The notes: a model not told the origin generated them from the sequence alone. A stretch of DNA of 63,300 nucleotides, filler included, from Parachlamydiales bacterium (GCA_020051075.1; 6 parts of 6 records of this genome joined end to end with filler, not necessarily neighbours in it), one strand, 5' to 3'. Positions 49,460-59,661 are shown, counted from the first letter of the whole stretch. Translations and numbers: made by a program.

Positions 49460-49531
49460 TTCACGAGGTAGGGAACCTAGCCATGTTGGCCGTCTTGCGA
49501 CCAAACATGGCTAGCCTCCCTACCCCGTGAA
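49460..49531. repeat. Long imperfect hairpin near the contig start
   Basis: TTCACGAGGTAGGGAACCTAGCCATGTT...AACATGGCTAGCCTCCCTACCCCGTGAA. Confidence 0.75.
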
Positions 49532-49569
49532 CGGATACGAGAGATTTTGATTTAGATGATGAGGATTTA

Positions 49570-50901
49570 TTGAATGAGATATTAGAAGAAGAAGAGTTGA
49601 ATAATATCCATGAAGAAAAAGTAGATGTTGAAGAAGAGAAAATGGATATCGAAAAAGAGACCGTTCATAAAGAAAAGGATATTGTTAATGTTGAGCAAAT
49701 TCTTACTAAAAAAGAAGAAGAGATAGAAAATAAATTAATTATTAATAGAGATCAAGTAGATCAGAAATCGGAGATTAACCTCTGTGAAGGATCTGAGAAA
49801 GTAGTTGTTGGAGGGGGGATGGCTATTGAAATCGAAGATTCCGATATAAGTCTTAGAAATGACACAATAGCGACTATCGACGCTAAAATTGGGCAAAACA
49901 TAATTGCTATAGACCAAGACAAAAAAACAATAAGTCAAGACAAGAGAGATTTAACCGAAGACAAGGGGAACAAAGACCTAATACAGGGAGCGGTTCAAAA
50001 AAAATCTGTGGCAATTGCGAAAGATACAGATGTGATACGCAAAGATACGGCAGCGGTTGCAGAAGGGATGAGAACGAGGGCAGAAAATGCTAGGAAATTA
50101 AACGTGTTTGATGCTGACAAACGGGTCGATTCAGAAACGGTTAGTAGAGCGATTACTCAGCGATTACAGACTGTAGTTTTCGATAACGTCCGCAACGATA
50201 GGGGTGTTCTTCTCCGTGATGATAGAGAAAGTGTTCAAGAATTAACGTTAGCCATCGATGCTAGTCGGCAGACTCATCCGGAAAAGGATCTGACGAAGTG
50301 TATTGAAGATGATATCAAAGAATGGTTGGGAAACAAGGAGCTCTGTGAATTAGACGCGGAGGGAAATCTGGTCCCAGTCACTCCTGAAAGAAGAAACCAA
50401 TTGGCAGCGATCTTGTCTAGAGGGGTTATCAAAGAAATCGGCTTTCAAGTCGGAATAGCGCAAAAAACCGACGAAAAAAATAAGGCTGAAGACAAAAAAA
50501 CCGATTCTTTGAAAGCTGCAAAGAGAGATGAGCATGAGTCCATTGTTTCTTTGGTTGATGGTCATCATTTGGATCCTCAGTTCTTTAATACCATGTATAA
50601 GGTTGTCGAGTGCAAGCTTTTTTGCCTGGATGGGGTAGAGTTAAAAAATGTGAATCGTCTTGAAGAAATGAACAAAGAGAATATCGACTTAATCGAACGG
50701 ATCAAAGAGGTGGTGATTTTAAAAGACATCATCAAAAAAGATATTCTGAAAACTGAGATTGAACATACTGAGATTGAACATAAAGCGACTGTTATTGATG
50801 GTGCAAAGAGATCGATCACAAACAAAATCTATAGATTTGATGGTCAAAGCAAAGAGAATGTGTGTCTAAGACATCCCACCCTCCATCCCAAAGTTAAATA
50901 G
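49570..50901 (+). CDS. Highly charged coiled-coil-like hypothetical protein, probably lacking its 5' end
   Basis: 443-aa E/K/D-rich ORF; the frame stays open upstream to a TGA at 49528-49530 inside the hairpin. Confidence 0.7.
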   Translation: MNEILEEEELNNIHEEKVDVEEEKMDIEKETVHKEKDIVNVEQILTKKEEEIENKLIINRDQVDQKSEINLCEGSEKVVVGGGMAIEIEDSDISLRNDTIATIDAKIGQNIIAIDQDKKTISQDKRDLTEDKGNKDLIQGAVQKKSVAIAKDTDVIRKDTAAVAEGMRTRAENARKLNVFDADKRVDSETVSRAITQRLQTVVFDNVRNDRGVLLRDDRESVQELTLAIDASRQTHPEKDLTKCIEDDIKEWLGNKELCELDAEGNLVPVTPERRNQLAAILSRGVIKEIGFQVGIAQKTDEKNKAEDKKTDSLKAAKRDEHESIVSLVDGHHLDPQFFNTMYKVVECKLFCLDGVELKNVNRLEEMNKENIDLIERIKEVVILKDIIKKDILKTEIEHTEIEHKATVIDGAKRSITNKIYRFDGQSKENVCLRHPTLHPKVK

Positions 50902-50959
50902 CTCAAAAGAGACCATGTACGAGGGATCAACTTTCGATAAAAACACCTAATAGAGGTTT

Positions 50960-51547
50960 TTAGGGTTGAGAAGCAGGATAAGGGTGTTTTTGTTTTGTAA
51001 TATCGACAATCCACATATTGTGATATTCGTGGATGTCTTCGTCTTTTTCACAGTAATTTTCTCTAAGATAACTTCTTTCGGCTTCTTTGTAACATTCAGA
51101 ATCAGGCATGTTCCTAATAGTGATTTTGTCTTTAGAATATTCCTTTTTAGGAAAAAGGGGGCAACCAATGATGAATTTTTTATATTCTTCAACCCCAGCG
51201 TCTTCATCGCCTAGAAGGGTGAAAGCACCGCTTCTCCTTGAGCCACATGCTAAACGTTCATAATCTGTAAGATGTCTCGATTTTAACGCAACTTCAGTGT
51301 CTTGGATCACTCTTGAATAATTACCAAGCTGATAATCAGCACCAGATCGATAAGTTAAAACATAAGGGTGGAGATCTAATTCCTCTTCCGACATGAGTGC
51401 CACTGCTTGATCAAATTCTTGAGAGGCTTCTTGAAACTGTGCGTTATGTAAATGATTCATCCCTTTTTGCCATAAATCCCTCCAATCGCCCTCAGCCAAG
51501 CAGTTTGAAAAGAACAAACAAAAAATTAGCACAGTAGTTTTTTGCAT
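50960..51547 (-). CDS. Secreted TPR-like protein
   Basis: ATG 51547 (MQKTTVLIFCLFFSNCLA) gives a signal peptide; TPR-like helices WQKGMNHLHNAQFQEASQEFDQAV and YRSGADYQLGNYSRVIQD. Confidence 0.75.
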   Translation of the reverse strand: MQKTTVLIFCLFFSNCLAEGDWRDLWQKGMNHLHNAQFQEASQEFDQAVALMSEEELDLHPYVLTYRSGADYQLGNYSRVIQDTEVALKSRHLTDYERLACGSRRSGAFTLLGDEDAGVEEYKKFIIGCPLFPKKEYSKDKITIRNMPDSECYKEAERSYLRENYCEKDEDIHEYHNMWIVDITKQKHPYPASQP

Positions 51548-52338
51548 CGTTGCTCCGGATTTGTTGATTCCAAATTCAATCAAAAAGACAATTTGACATC
51601 ATGAATACCATGTGAGTAATTAATTGTCAAATTTTCGTGGTTTTTATTCATATTATCAGCTTTCCCGTCTCAATGATCTGATTATTAGATACTTAAGTAA
51701 TAGCACGATATTTCGATCGATTTGAAAATCTTATGGTGTATGGTTACTTCAGAGTTCATTTTCGCAGGTATCAATTCCTGAGAAATCTCAGTTTTCTAGA
51801 AAATTGATCTTGGTTAAGATCGCGTATGGCTTGTTGCGTTGAACAACATGCGTGAAGACATCGTAGATCATGTAGCAAGAAAAATTATCGAAAATTAAGT
51901 TCATCTCCCTACCCAGCTCAATAACCAAGCTCTTCTATCATTGGTTCTGAAGAACTGGAACAAGCACGTGAAAAATAACCACAAAAGAAGGACGTTGTTT
52001 TGAGGTTAAGGTGGCTAAAATTGTTATCATTGAATTTGGTAGGTTCAGCCATTCTAATCTCCCTTATTTCGTAGTTTGGAAGATTTAAGATGCTGATCTA
52101 CCTTTTTTTATGTGATAAAATGCTAAATTCGAGTCTGTGCCTCTGTGTTTCAAAATTATTGGAAATCCAGAGGCAAGAGAACACAAGGGAGAGTGATTTT
52201 ATAGAGAAAACAACTTGTCAAGGAAAATCTTGTGAAACAGCCCTGCCAGAAAAGGACCTTCACTACAAGCAATAAGAAATGGAAAAATAAACTTAAATCG
52301 ATATGAAATAGCGATTTAAATCTCTTGGGAAAAAGCCA

Positions 52339-52367
52339 TTGACGTGCATATTTTGAAATGTTATTTT
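52339..52367 (+). promoter_or_regulatory. Candidate sigma66/sigma70-type promoter of the LRR gene
   Basis: TTGACG-17 nt-TATTTT, about 45 nt upstream of ATG 52412. Confidence 0.35.
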
Positions 52368-52411
52368 GTCTTTTTGAAATCCTTCCTAAGTTTTAACAGG
52401 CGTGGTGACAT

Positions 52412-55400
52412 ATGAATTTTTCGGAGTTGTCCTCTCGCATACTCGGTCTTCGTGTTAGTACACGAACAGATTTTGATGTATCGAATCTAGACCTTGACGA
52501 GGAGGGCGTACAACGCCCAGAATATTTTATACCATCTCAATTATCCCGAGCATTTGAATATAATTCCCATTCTCACCTGAGATCGATAAATTTGGAAGGA
52601 AATAGATTTACTAGACTAGACTTCCTTTTGCCTTCGATGTCCCGCTATGCTAGTATAAAATCTTATCTGAGAGTGTTAAATGTAAGTAGGAATCGGATTG
52701 ATGATAAGGGGGCCGAAACAATCGCCCAGCTTTTCTGGAGACATCATCATCTGCTTCAATTGGACGTGAGCGACAACCGGATTGGAAACGAAGGTGTCCA
52801 AGCGCTTGCTGCCGCGATTCGCGCACCATATTGCTCAGGACTGATCCATTTAAACATTAGTGGAAATCTCATTAGCGTCGAAGGCACACGAGCAATTGCG
52901 GAGCTGCTTAGCACATCCACTACCTTAAACCAACTCTATTCCTTAAAACATTTGAACTTAAGTAGGAATCCGATTGGTAACGAGGGTGTTCGTGCACTGG
53001 GAGCCTCTCTTCCTATGAATAGACAACTAAAAGTCTTGTATTTAGATGGATGTCAAATCGGGATCGAAGGTGCGGTGGAACTTGCAAGGTCAATCATAGA
53101 CAACTTTTTTTTGACCGATCTAAGTTTAAAAGACAATCAGATCGGAGATGAAGGAGCCATTGCATTTGCTAGAACTCTTACCAATAACGTCAGTTTGCAG
53201 AATTTATTTTTGGATAAAAATCAAATTACCCTTGAGGGAATTCGATCTTTAGCAACCGCTCTTTTTGATAATGCAAATCTAAACGTATTGACCTTATCTG
53301 GCAATGCAGAGGGCGCTGAAGAAAGCAGCACATTGGCCACGATCAACGAAAGGTTAATGGCTATTCAAAACATGGTACGGATGTCCGCCAAAACTCCTCC
53401 AATTTCCTCAAGCTCTTCAAGCTCTTCAAGTTCCTCAAGCTCGACAATGCCTTCGGTCTCAGAAGCTCCTTATTCAGAAGCTCCTTATACAGGATCCTCT
53501 AGAACATCCAGTTCGAGTGACTTAAGCCCGTTGCCCACTATAGATTGGAATGATGGTGATGATGGTGTACTAATCAAACGTTTTGAACGACTAAAAGGTG
53601 AAGAAGAACGTGTCAAATACTTCATGTATTTAGCCTGTGAGTTGATTAACCTAAAAAAAACATGTCCAAAAACACACAAGGATATAGAAGTGAACAATAA
53701 TTGGATCAATGGCGTTAGAGAGATCGAGTGCTACCTATGGACTGCTCTTATGGTATTAGGGGAGAAACTCCCCAATATGAAGTTTGGACATCAAAGCATA
53801 AAGTTCATTGGTTCAATGCACCCATACCCCGCAGGCTGTCATTTAGAGAAAGAAATCGGACCATTGTGGCGGCGTTATTCCAAAGGTTCTCTGTACGAAA
53901 CCGTCTTTAAACACCATGTAAAAGATTACATGTGTGATTTAATTGAATTTCCTAGATCTTACAGAACTAAATCATCAGAAGGAAGCCACAATGCTAACCT
54001 GGAAGTGGCAATCAAGAACACCAGACTAGCAAAAGCTGGAAAACTAGAAATCATCATAAAGCAAGAAGAACTCAGAATACAGAGAGAACCTGAGACAAAA
54101 CTAGCGAAAGAGAAAAGACTGCAACACTACCTCGATCGAATTCTCCCCATTACCACCGAAGTAGACTGGAGTCACTTAAGCCTTGGCGACGAAGGAGCTA
54201 AAGCAATAGCCTTCGTTTTGAACAATAACACAACCATAACAACTTTATCTTTGAAGGGAAATAAGATTCAGGAACCGGGAATAAACGCCATTGCCGAAGC
54301 TCTCAGAAATAACTCAACTTTAACGATTTTAGACCTCAGTAACAATCAGATAACACTCGAATCTTTAAAAGCACTGGCTCAAGCCCTTGTCGAGAACAAG
54401 ATCCTTACCTCATTAATCTTAGACACAGAAACTCATCAGAACACTGAAGTATCCCAATTATTAGCAGTTATTGAGGAGCGTTTGGTCGCCAACCTCGTCT
54501 TAGCTAAAGAAAAGGAAATAAACGAAAATTGGGGAAAAGATACTGCTGGGATGGATCGACAAAGTGAAGCTTGTTCATCTTTGCCAAGCGCTGCACCTTT
54601 CAATGATCCAAACGAATTACCACATTTGGTTCCTTTTGATGATCAAGAGGGAATCTTCCAAGGAGAAGGGAAACGAATAACTTCAGGTGGACCAGCATTG
54701 GCAAGCAGCTCAACAAGTGGACCAGCGTTGGCAAGCAGTTCAACAAGTGGACCAGCATTGGCGATCAGCTCAACAAGTGGACAAGTTTTGACAAGCAGCT
54801 CAAGCAGCTCAAGTGGATCATCAGCTCAAGGAAGAATGACAAGAGCTGATGGAAGCTGGGTTGAGGGAACTTTGGAAGGGGTTGGTAGACAAACGGATTC
54901 AAATGGGAATATTAGGGAAGGAACCTTTGCAAATGGATTTTTAGTTCATGGAAAAATGACACGGATTGATCGAAGCTGGGTTGAAGGAACCTTTGAAGGA
55001 ACTGGTAGACAAACACTTTCAAATGGGGATATTAAGGAGGGTACCTTCGCAAATGGATTATTAGTCCATGGAAAAAGAACATTCTTCCAAACGAAAACCT
55101 GGGTCGAAGGGACTTTTCAAGGAGAGGGAATGCGAACTCATACATGGGGTGGAAAAGAAGAAGGAAAATTTGTTGATGAAAAATTGGTTGAAGGAAAGGA
55201 ATCTGGTTTAAATGGTTGGGTTATGAGAAATGGAACATTCACAGAGAGTGGTTTTTCTGGATATGGAGAACAAGGAAAACCGGAAACCAGCTCGTCTGTA
55301 CGCTGTGGACGATTCGAAAATGACATATTCATTAATGGAACCATCCAGGAGTATTCTTCTTCGAGCCTCCTTTTACCCGGCAGATATCTAGCATGGGAGA

Positions 55401-55666
55401 CGAGAGGAACTTTCCATGGAGTTGGCTCAAGAACAAAGATTCATCGATTCAAGCAAATCCTTCAAAATCCATATTCTCCTCATCTTGATGTTACAGAGGA
55501 GGGGACGTTTAATAATGGGGTATTGGTTGACGGAAGGAGGACACTAGGAGATGGAACAATCCATAGGATCTTTCAACTTGATAACAGAACCGTATCCACA
55601 GTCGAATACAAACCGCCTACAACTGTTAAAGGGGTCCTCAATCAATTTTTCAGTTGGAGAGGTTGA
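52412..55666 (+). CDS. LRR (ribonuclease-inhibitor-like) protein with a central unknown domain and C-terminal MORN-like repeats
   Basis: 28-aa LxxLxLxxNxIGxEG repeats in two blocks, poly-Ser linkers, and EGTFxNGxLVxG repeats. Confidence 0.9.
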   Translation: MNFSELSSRILGLRVSTRTDFDVSNLDLDEEGVQRPEYFIPSQLSRAFEYNSHSHLRSINLEGNRFTRLDFLLPSMSRYASIKSYLRVLNVSRNRIDDKGAETIAQLFWRHHHLLQLDVSDNRIGNEGVQALAAAIRAPYCSGLIHLNISGNLISVEGTRAIAELLSTSTTLNQLYSLKHLNLSRNPIGNEGVRALGASLPMNRQLKVLYLDGCQIGIEGAVELARSIIDNFFLTDLSLKDNQIGDEGAIAFARTLTNNVSLQNLFLDKNQITLEGIRSLATALFDNANLNVLTLSGNAEGAEESSTLATINERLMAIQNMVRMSAKTPPISSSSSSSSSSSSSTMPSVSEAPYSEAPYTGSSRTSSSSDLSPLPTIDWNDGDDGVLIKRFERLKGEEERVKYFMYLACELINLKKTCPKTHKDIEVNNNWINGVREIECYLWTALMVLGEKLPNMKFGHQSIKFIGSMHPYPAGCHLEKEIGPLWRRYSKGSLYETVFKHHVKDYMCDLIEFPRSYRTKSSEGSHNANLEVAIKNTRLAKAGKLEIIIKQEELRIQREPETKLAKEKRLQHYLDRILPITTEVDWSHLSLGDEGAKAIAFVLNNNTTITTLSLKGNKIQEPGINAIAEALRNNSTLTILDLSNNQITLESLKALAQALVENKILTSLILDTETHQNTEVSQLLAVIEERLVANLVLAKEKEINENWGKDTAGMDRQSEACSSLPSAAPFNDPNELPHLVPFDDQEGIFQGEGKRITSGGPALASSSTSGPALASSSTSGPALAISSTSGQVLTSSSSSSSGSSAQGRMTRADGSWVEGTLEGVGRQTDSNGNIREGTFANGFLVHGKMTRIDRSWVEGTFEGTGRQTLSNGDIKEGTFANGLLVHGKRTFFQTKTWVEGTFQGEGMRTHTWGGKEEGKFVDEKLVEGKESGLNGWVMRNGTFTESGFSGYGEQGKPETSSSVRCGRFENDIFINGTIQEYSSSSLLLPGRYLAWETRGTFHGVGSRTKIHRFKQILQNPYSPHLDVTEEGTFNNGVLVDGRRTLGDGTIHRIFQLDNRTVSTVEYKPPTTVKGVLNQFFSWRG
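54687..54805 (+). repeat. 30-bp coding tandem repeat (GPALASSSTS)
   Basis: GTGGACCAGCATTGGCAAGCAGCTCAACAA repeated about 4 times. Confidence 0.9.
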
Positions 55667-55910
55667 CTCCAGACAAAAGAAAATAACAATGATAACGATC
55701 ATCCGCTATGGATGATCGGTCATTGACTTCCTCAAAAGGATTGGTTAGGAGATTTTCTATTGCATAGTTCAATGATTTTGGCTTTTCATTAAAGTAGGGG
55801 TTTTTATGTTTTCCACAACATAGTAACTATAAACGGAGTTATGTCTTCTCGATTTCTCATATCGATGTTGAGCAGCCCTTCTCTATCTTTTGTAATGAAA
55901 GCGTAAACTA

Positions 55911-56421
55911 TTAGCCTTTGTTTTGGATGGTGTTTTCTCCGTGATATTGCCATGGAGTGGATTTATAAAGTCGTGTTATTTCTTCAACGACTTCTAAACC
56001 AAGATTTTGGTAAATTTTTTGCGCAAGGCTCTGCTTTTCTGCAATGATGATCAGTTTATCAATATCATAATATTGTAGTGCATACAATGAAGCACTATAA
56101 ACCAATGCATGACATACTCCATTTCCTTGAAAATCTGGGTAGGTTACAACATCCTGAAAGCAAGCCATTTTTTCTCCATGAAACAACATCAAGTGACCAA
56201 CACTTTGACCATCAAGTTGAGCAATAAAACAGTCCCCCTTTTGGAGTTCCAAAAGGCGTTGGTACTCTTTAATACGTAATTTAATAAAGGAAGCAAAAGA
56301 AGGATCGCTATCATTTCCTAATTGACCGAGAGCTATTTCTCTCTTTTGAATCTCAGGCCATTCGCTTGGCTTAATTTTACGAACGGTAACTTCTGGATTG
56401 ATCTGGGGAACTTTTCTAACA
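55911..56421 (-). CDS. GNAT-family acetyltransferase, 5'-truncated by the contig end
   Basis: FQDVVTYPDFQGNGV (motif A) and AQKIYQNLG; the frame is open to the contig edge. Confidence 0.85.
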
Positions 56422-56521
56422 NNNNNNNNNNNNNNNNNNNNNNNNNNNNNNNNNNNNNNNNNNNNTTAATTAATTAANNNNNNNNNNNNNNNNNNNNNNN
56501 NNNNNNNNNNNNNNNNNNNNN
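56422..56521. other. Artificial contig linker
   Basis: N-run with TTAATTAATTAA. Confidence 0.99.
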
Positions 56522-56620
56522 CAAGGAAGATGAATCCTTCCTCCAGGAATTGACCGTCTTTCCTTATTTAGGTCTTGCTGGCAAGGGAGGCGCTATATGA
56601 ATTTTTTGTCGTGTACAGAG
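56522..56620 (+). mobile_element. Right end of an IS4-family (ISAba1-like) element
   Basis: ATTTTTTGTCGTGTACAGAG (56601-56620) is the exact reverse complement of 59662-59681. CTCTGTACACGAYAAA is the ISAba1-type terminal repeat. The end reads ...FLSCT, like ISAba1-type transposase tails. Confidence 0.75.
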
Positions 56621-56949
56621 AACATCGATACTATGCGTATTAGCAATTCCCGTCCCTTCGCATATTGAGATTCTTGTATCAGCTGGAGCCTTCGACATAT
56701 GTCAAAAACGCCAGCACATTCCGTAGCTGAACGTCTTGCCATACGATAAAACCTCACTTTCTCAGCGCTCGAGTATTCTCCAGCGCCCTCGGCAATATTT
56801 AATGGTACTGATGTACCAGCTCGTTGAAATTGATCAGCCAGGTAAGCTCTGCCTCGAGGCAAATTCTCTATAATGACGTCTATCAAAATCACCAACTCTA
56901 TTGCTGCTTGATATACGTCTAATTTTTCATGGTCAAAATAATTCACCAT
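56593..56949 (-). CDS. Four-helix bundle protein (23S rRNA IVP / TIGR02436-like), C-terminus replaced by the IS4 end
   Basis: FDHEKLDVYQ, LADQFQRAGTSVPLNIAEG, FYRMARRSATEC; ATG 56949 has GGAGG upstream. Confidence 0.88.
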   Translation of the reverse strand: MVNYFDHEKLDVYQAAIELVILIDVIIENLPRGRAYLADQFQRAGTSVPLNIAEGAGEYSSAEKVRFYRMARRSATECAGVFDICRRLQLIQESQYAKGRELLIRIVSMFSVHDKKFI

Positions 56950-58657
56950 TTTCCTCCATTGAAAAGATTTCAAGCAGCTATTGTTCTCATGCTCAAAGTA
57001 GGCTCCAACAGTCTTGGACGTCCCATTAAAGCATCTGTCAAGGCGTCCCAAATATTCCATCCCTGTTTGCGCGCCGTCGAGATGTAGCTCCGAACACGGC
57101 AAAATAACTGCCCTCCTGAAAATGTACGGAGGCATCCACTTATTTTCTGTTTCAGTTTTGCCATGCGAATATCTTGCTCACCTTGATTATTTGTAAAAGG
57201 CACGGAAAAATCATGCATGAAACGTAAGACGCACTCTCGCTCCTGTGAAAGTCGATCAAGAAGATTTTTGCCATCTCGTTGTTTTTGCCTGCCTCGCTTA
57301 CCCTTTGGTAAAGGAGGTAATCGTGTGTGGTATTCGATCCCTTCGGTGATGATTTGGGTATATTGTTGCTCCATTTGTAAGAGCTTTTCCCTTGGGAGAG
57401 CTCCTACCTCCCAGTACCTTATGACTTCGTCATGGGCAAGAATGAGCAGGTCTTTCATTTGTTTTGCCCATTCTTCTCTGTGTTCTTCGTGAATAAAAGT
57501 GAGCTCACGCAAATGGTGAGCGTTGCATAATGCGTGAAGCATATGTTTATAGGAAAAATAAGGACTCCAGTGGTCATGCACAGCTATCCCTTCAAACTGG
57601 GGTAAAACCCCTATCTGATCCATTGCCTCTTGTCCCCGTTTGGGATGTATCATGAACAAAGTCGCCATTTGCGATGCAGTCACATGCACCCATTGGAGCT
57701 TTTTCTCACATCGCATCCCCGTCTCATCGAAATGTAGAACTCGTGTTGCTAGTAAATGTGCTTTGAGACTGGCTTCAAATACCTTCAAGTGATCGAAAAG
57801 CTTTTCGTCAATATTTGCACAAGTGCCCTGAGAAATTGCCACTCCAAAAACATCTTCGAGAATTTGTCCTACACGTGCAACAGGTATAAAATGTTGATGA
57901 GCAAAATAAGCAATGAGTGCTTGTACACGCTCCCCATATTGCATTGGACCCTTGACGTTTTCAGGAAATGAAGCCCGAGTATTTTCCCCACAGCAAGGAC
58001 ATTTCTTCTCCTCGACTTGATGCTCTGTGACCTCTATTTGCAGTTTTGGGACATCAAACACTTGACGTTTTTCCACACACGAGCCCTTCACCTCGGTAAG
58101 GAGTGATCCGCATCCCTGACAACTTATAGGTGTATGCATCTCAATATAATCCGGATTTGCTAACTGTGTACGGGTTTTTCCAATATGACCTTCTTGTCCT
58201 CCGGACTTTTTATCGGACTTACTTCTCGGACTTACTTCGTTGACTTTTAGGTTGTTTTCTTAAGCCGTCACTGCCTGGAGGCTTGCTACTATTGGAGCTA
58301 TTTTTTGCTAACTGCGCCTTCAAGTCTGCAACTTCCATCTGTAAGTCTCCAACCTGCTTCTGCAAGGCTACAACTTGCACCTGCAGCTGCTGTATATGGG
58401 TTTCAAGAAAACGAATGTAACATTGAACAGATACTGGTAGAGAATCAAAAAGTTCTTGTGGAAGCGTAAATGTAGAAATGGGGCTTATTTCTGAATTCAT
58501 GCGTTATAAGATAGCAGAAAAGCACTATTAATGAGGAATAAAAATTTTACTGGTTTGGTGCTTGAGAAAGACCGGCTCAGATTTTTCTTTCGTGAACGTT
58601 ACCGTGCCCGTTACCGTGCCCGATCTTTTTTTTAAAGGGAGGTAGGTGAGTAGTTAC
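56621..58657 (-). mobile_element. IS66-family element (left end at 58657; far end not seen)
   Basis: Reverse-strand terminus GTAACTACTCACC at 58657-58645 matches the IS66 GTAA... end and abuts the IS256 remnant. Confidence 0.7.
56970..58500 (-). pseudogene. IS66-family transposase (single-ORF type), frameshifted
   Basis: N-terminal coiled coil plus KNSSNSSKPPGSDG, Zn ribbon, LHFDETG, VHDHW, CNAHHLREL, FTNNQGEQDIR. A 13-bp tandem duplication at 58213-58238 breaks the frame. Confidence 0.9.
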
Positions 58658-58948
58658 GACGGTTTTCCAGTTTCCCAAAGAGCATTGGAAGAAAGTGCGA
58701 ACTTCAAATGGTATAGAGCGGATAAATAGGGAGATTAAGCGGCGTACTCGAGTGGCGGTGCTATTCCCGAATAAAGAATCGGCCCTCCGGCTGGTAACTG
58801 GAGTGATAATCGAGATTCATGAGGAGTGGGTGACGGGAAGGCAACATTTAGACATGAGTCCATTGTTAAACCAAAACCTGAAAACAGAATAAATGCGAGG
58901 GAGAAAAGAGGAAGGAGATCGAATTTACAGAAAAACTGTTGCTTTACC
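58658..58948 (+). mobile_element. 3' remnant of an IS256-family element
   Basis: Reads TVFQFPKEHWKKVRTSNGIERINREIKRRTRVAVLFPNKESALRL...; stop at 58892; terminal ATTTACAGAAAAACTGTTGC at ~58923-58942. Confidence 0.85.
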
Positions 58949-59019
58949 AAAGTTCACTAATAAATGATGTTGCGAGACCTCCTATCACTTTCGAAGGAGG
59001 AGAGGTAATAATCCAATCA

Positions 59020-59499
59020 TTACCAACCTCTGCGCTTATTGATAAGCCCCCTGCAAATTTCAGATTGGCAAAGACAGCTAAAATCACCATCTGGATCCCA
59101 TTCGCCTGTGCCCGCGTCGTAAGAGACAGTTAACTCTTTACCTTTAGTCACAGTCCTGATTGTGATGACCTCGTTATCATTATTTACAATGCAATTTGGA
59201 TCGCAAGAGTGATTTATAAATCTAGCATCGCTAATCACTCTCCCCCATAATGCATTGCCTTTGTCATCGTAGCCAAGTTGTACTACGTGTCTATGTTCAA
59301 ATGGAGTATCAGAAGATGCCTTATATTTATCGTTAGTAGGTGTTGTAATAAATTTTGCTACTATTGTGCCAATCTCCAGATCTTGAGTGGTCACTAAACA
59401 GTCCCCAAAATGATTTTTACTACGAGCTGCCGGGTATTCGGCAGGAAAAGATTCTCTGCGCGATGAAGCGTATAACATATCAAGACAATTACTAGACAT
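59020..59499 (-). CDS. SET-domain protein-lysine methyltransferase
   Basis: ARFINHSCDPN, ELTVSY, post-SET CLCQSEICRG. Confidence 0.92.
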   Translation of the reverse strand: MSSNCLDMLYASSRRESFPAEYPAARSKNHFGDCLVTTQDLEIGTIVAKFITTPTNDKYKASSDTPFEHRHVVQLGYDDKGNALWGRVISDARFINHSCDPNCIVNNDNEVITIRTVTKGKELTVSYDAGTGEWDPDGDFSCLCQSEICRGLINKRRGW

Positions 59500-59661
59500 T
59501 TAATTTATTCTCCGTTTATTTTCATAATCCATATAATAACAAAATAAAACTAAATTGTAAATGAAATTGCAAGTGCTTATAAAGTTGAGGTAAGCGCCTC
59601 ATTCTCAACCCCCCAAAATCAACAAAAATCTTTTTTTTAATTTTGATTCAGCGTAAATTCG

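Noticed and set aside
49441..49535. Group II intron 3' end
   Set aside because: It ends in CCCTACCCC like domain VI, but no domain V consensus or intron-encoded RT is visible.
56593..56949. Four-helix bundle as the Avd of a diversity-generating retroelement
   Set aside because: No reverse transcriptase and no TR/VR pair with adenine-specific mismatches are visible in the window.
56950..57135. N-terminal extension of the 180-aa ORF 56593-57135
   Set aside because: It overlaps the IS66 transposase in another frame; the family motif begins at ATG 56949, which has a GGAGG ribosome-binding site.
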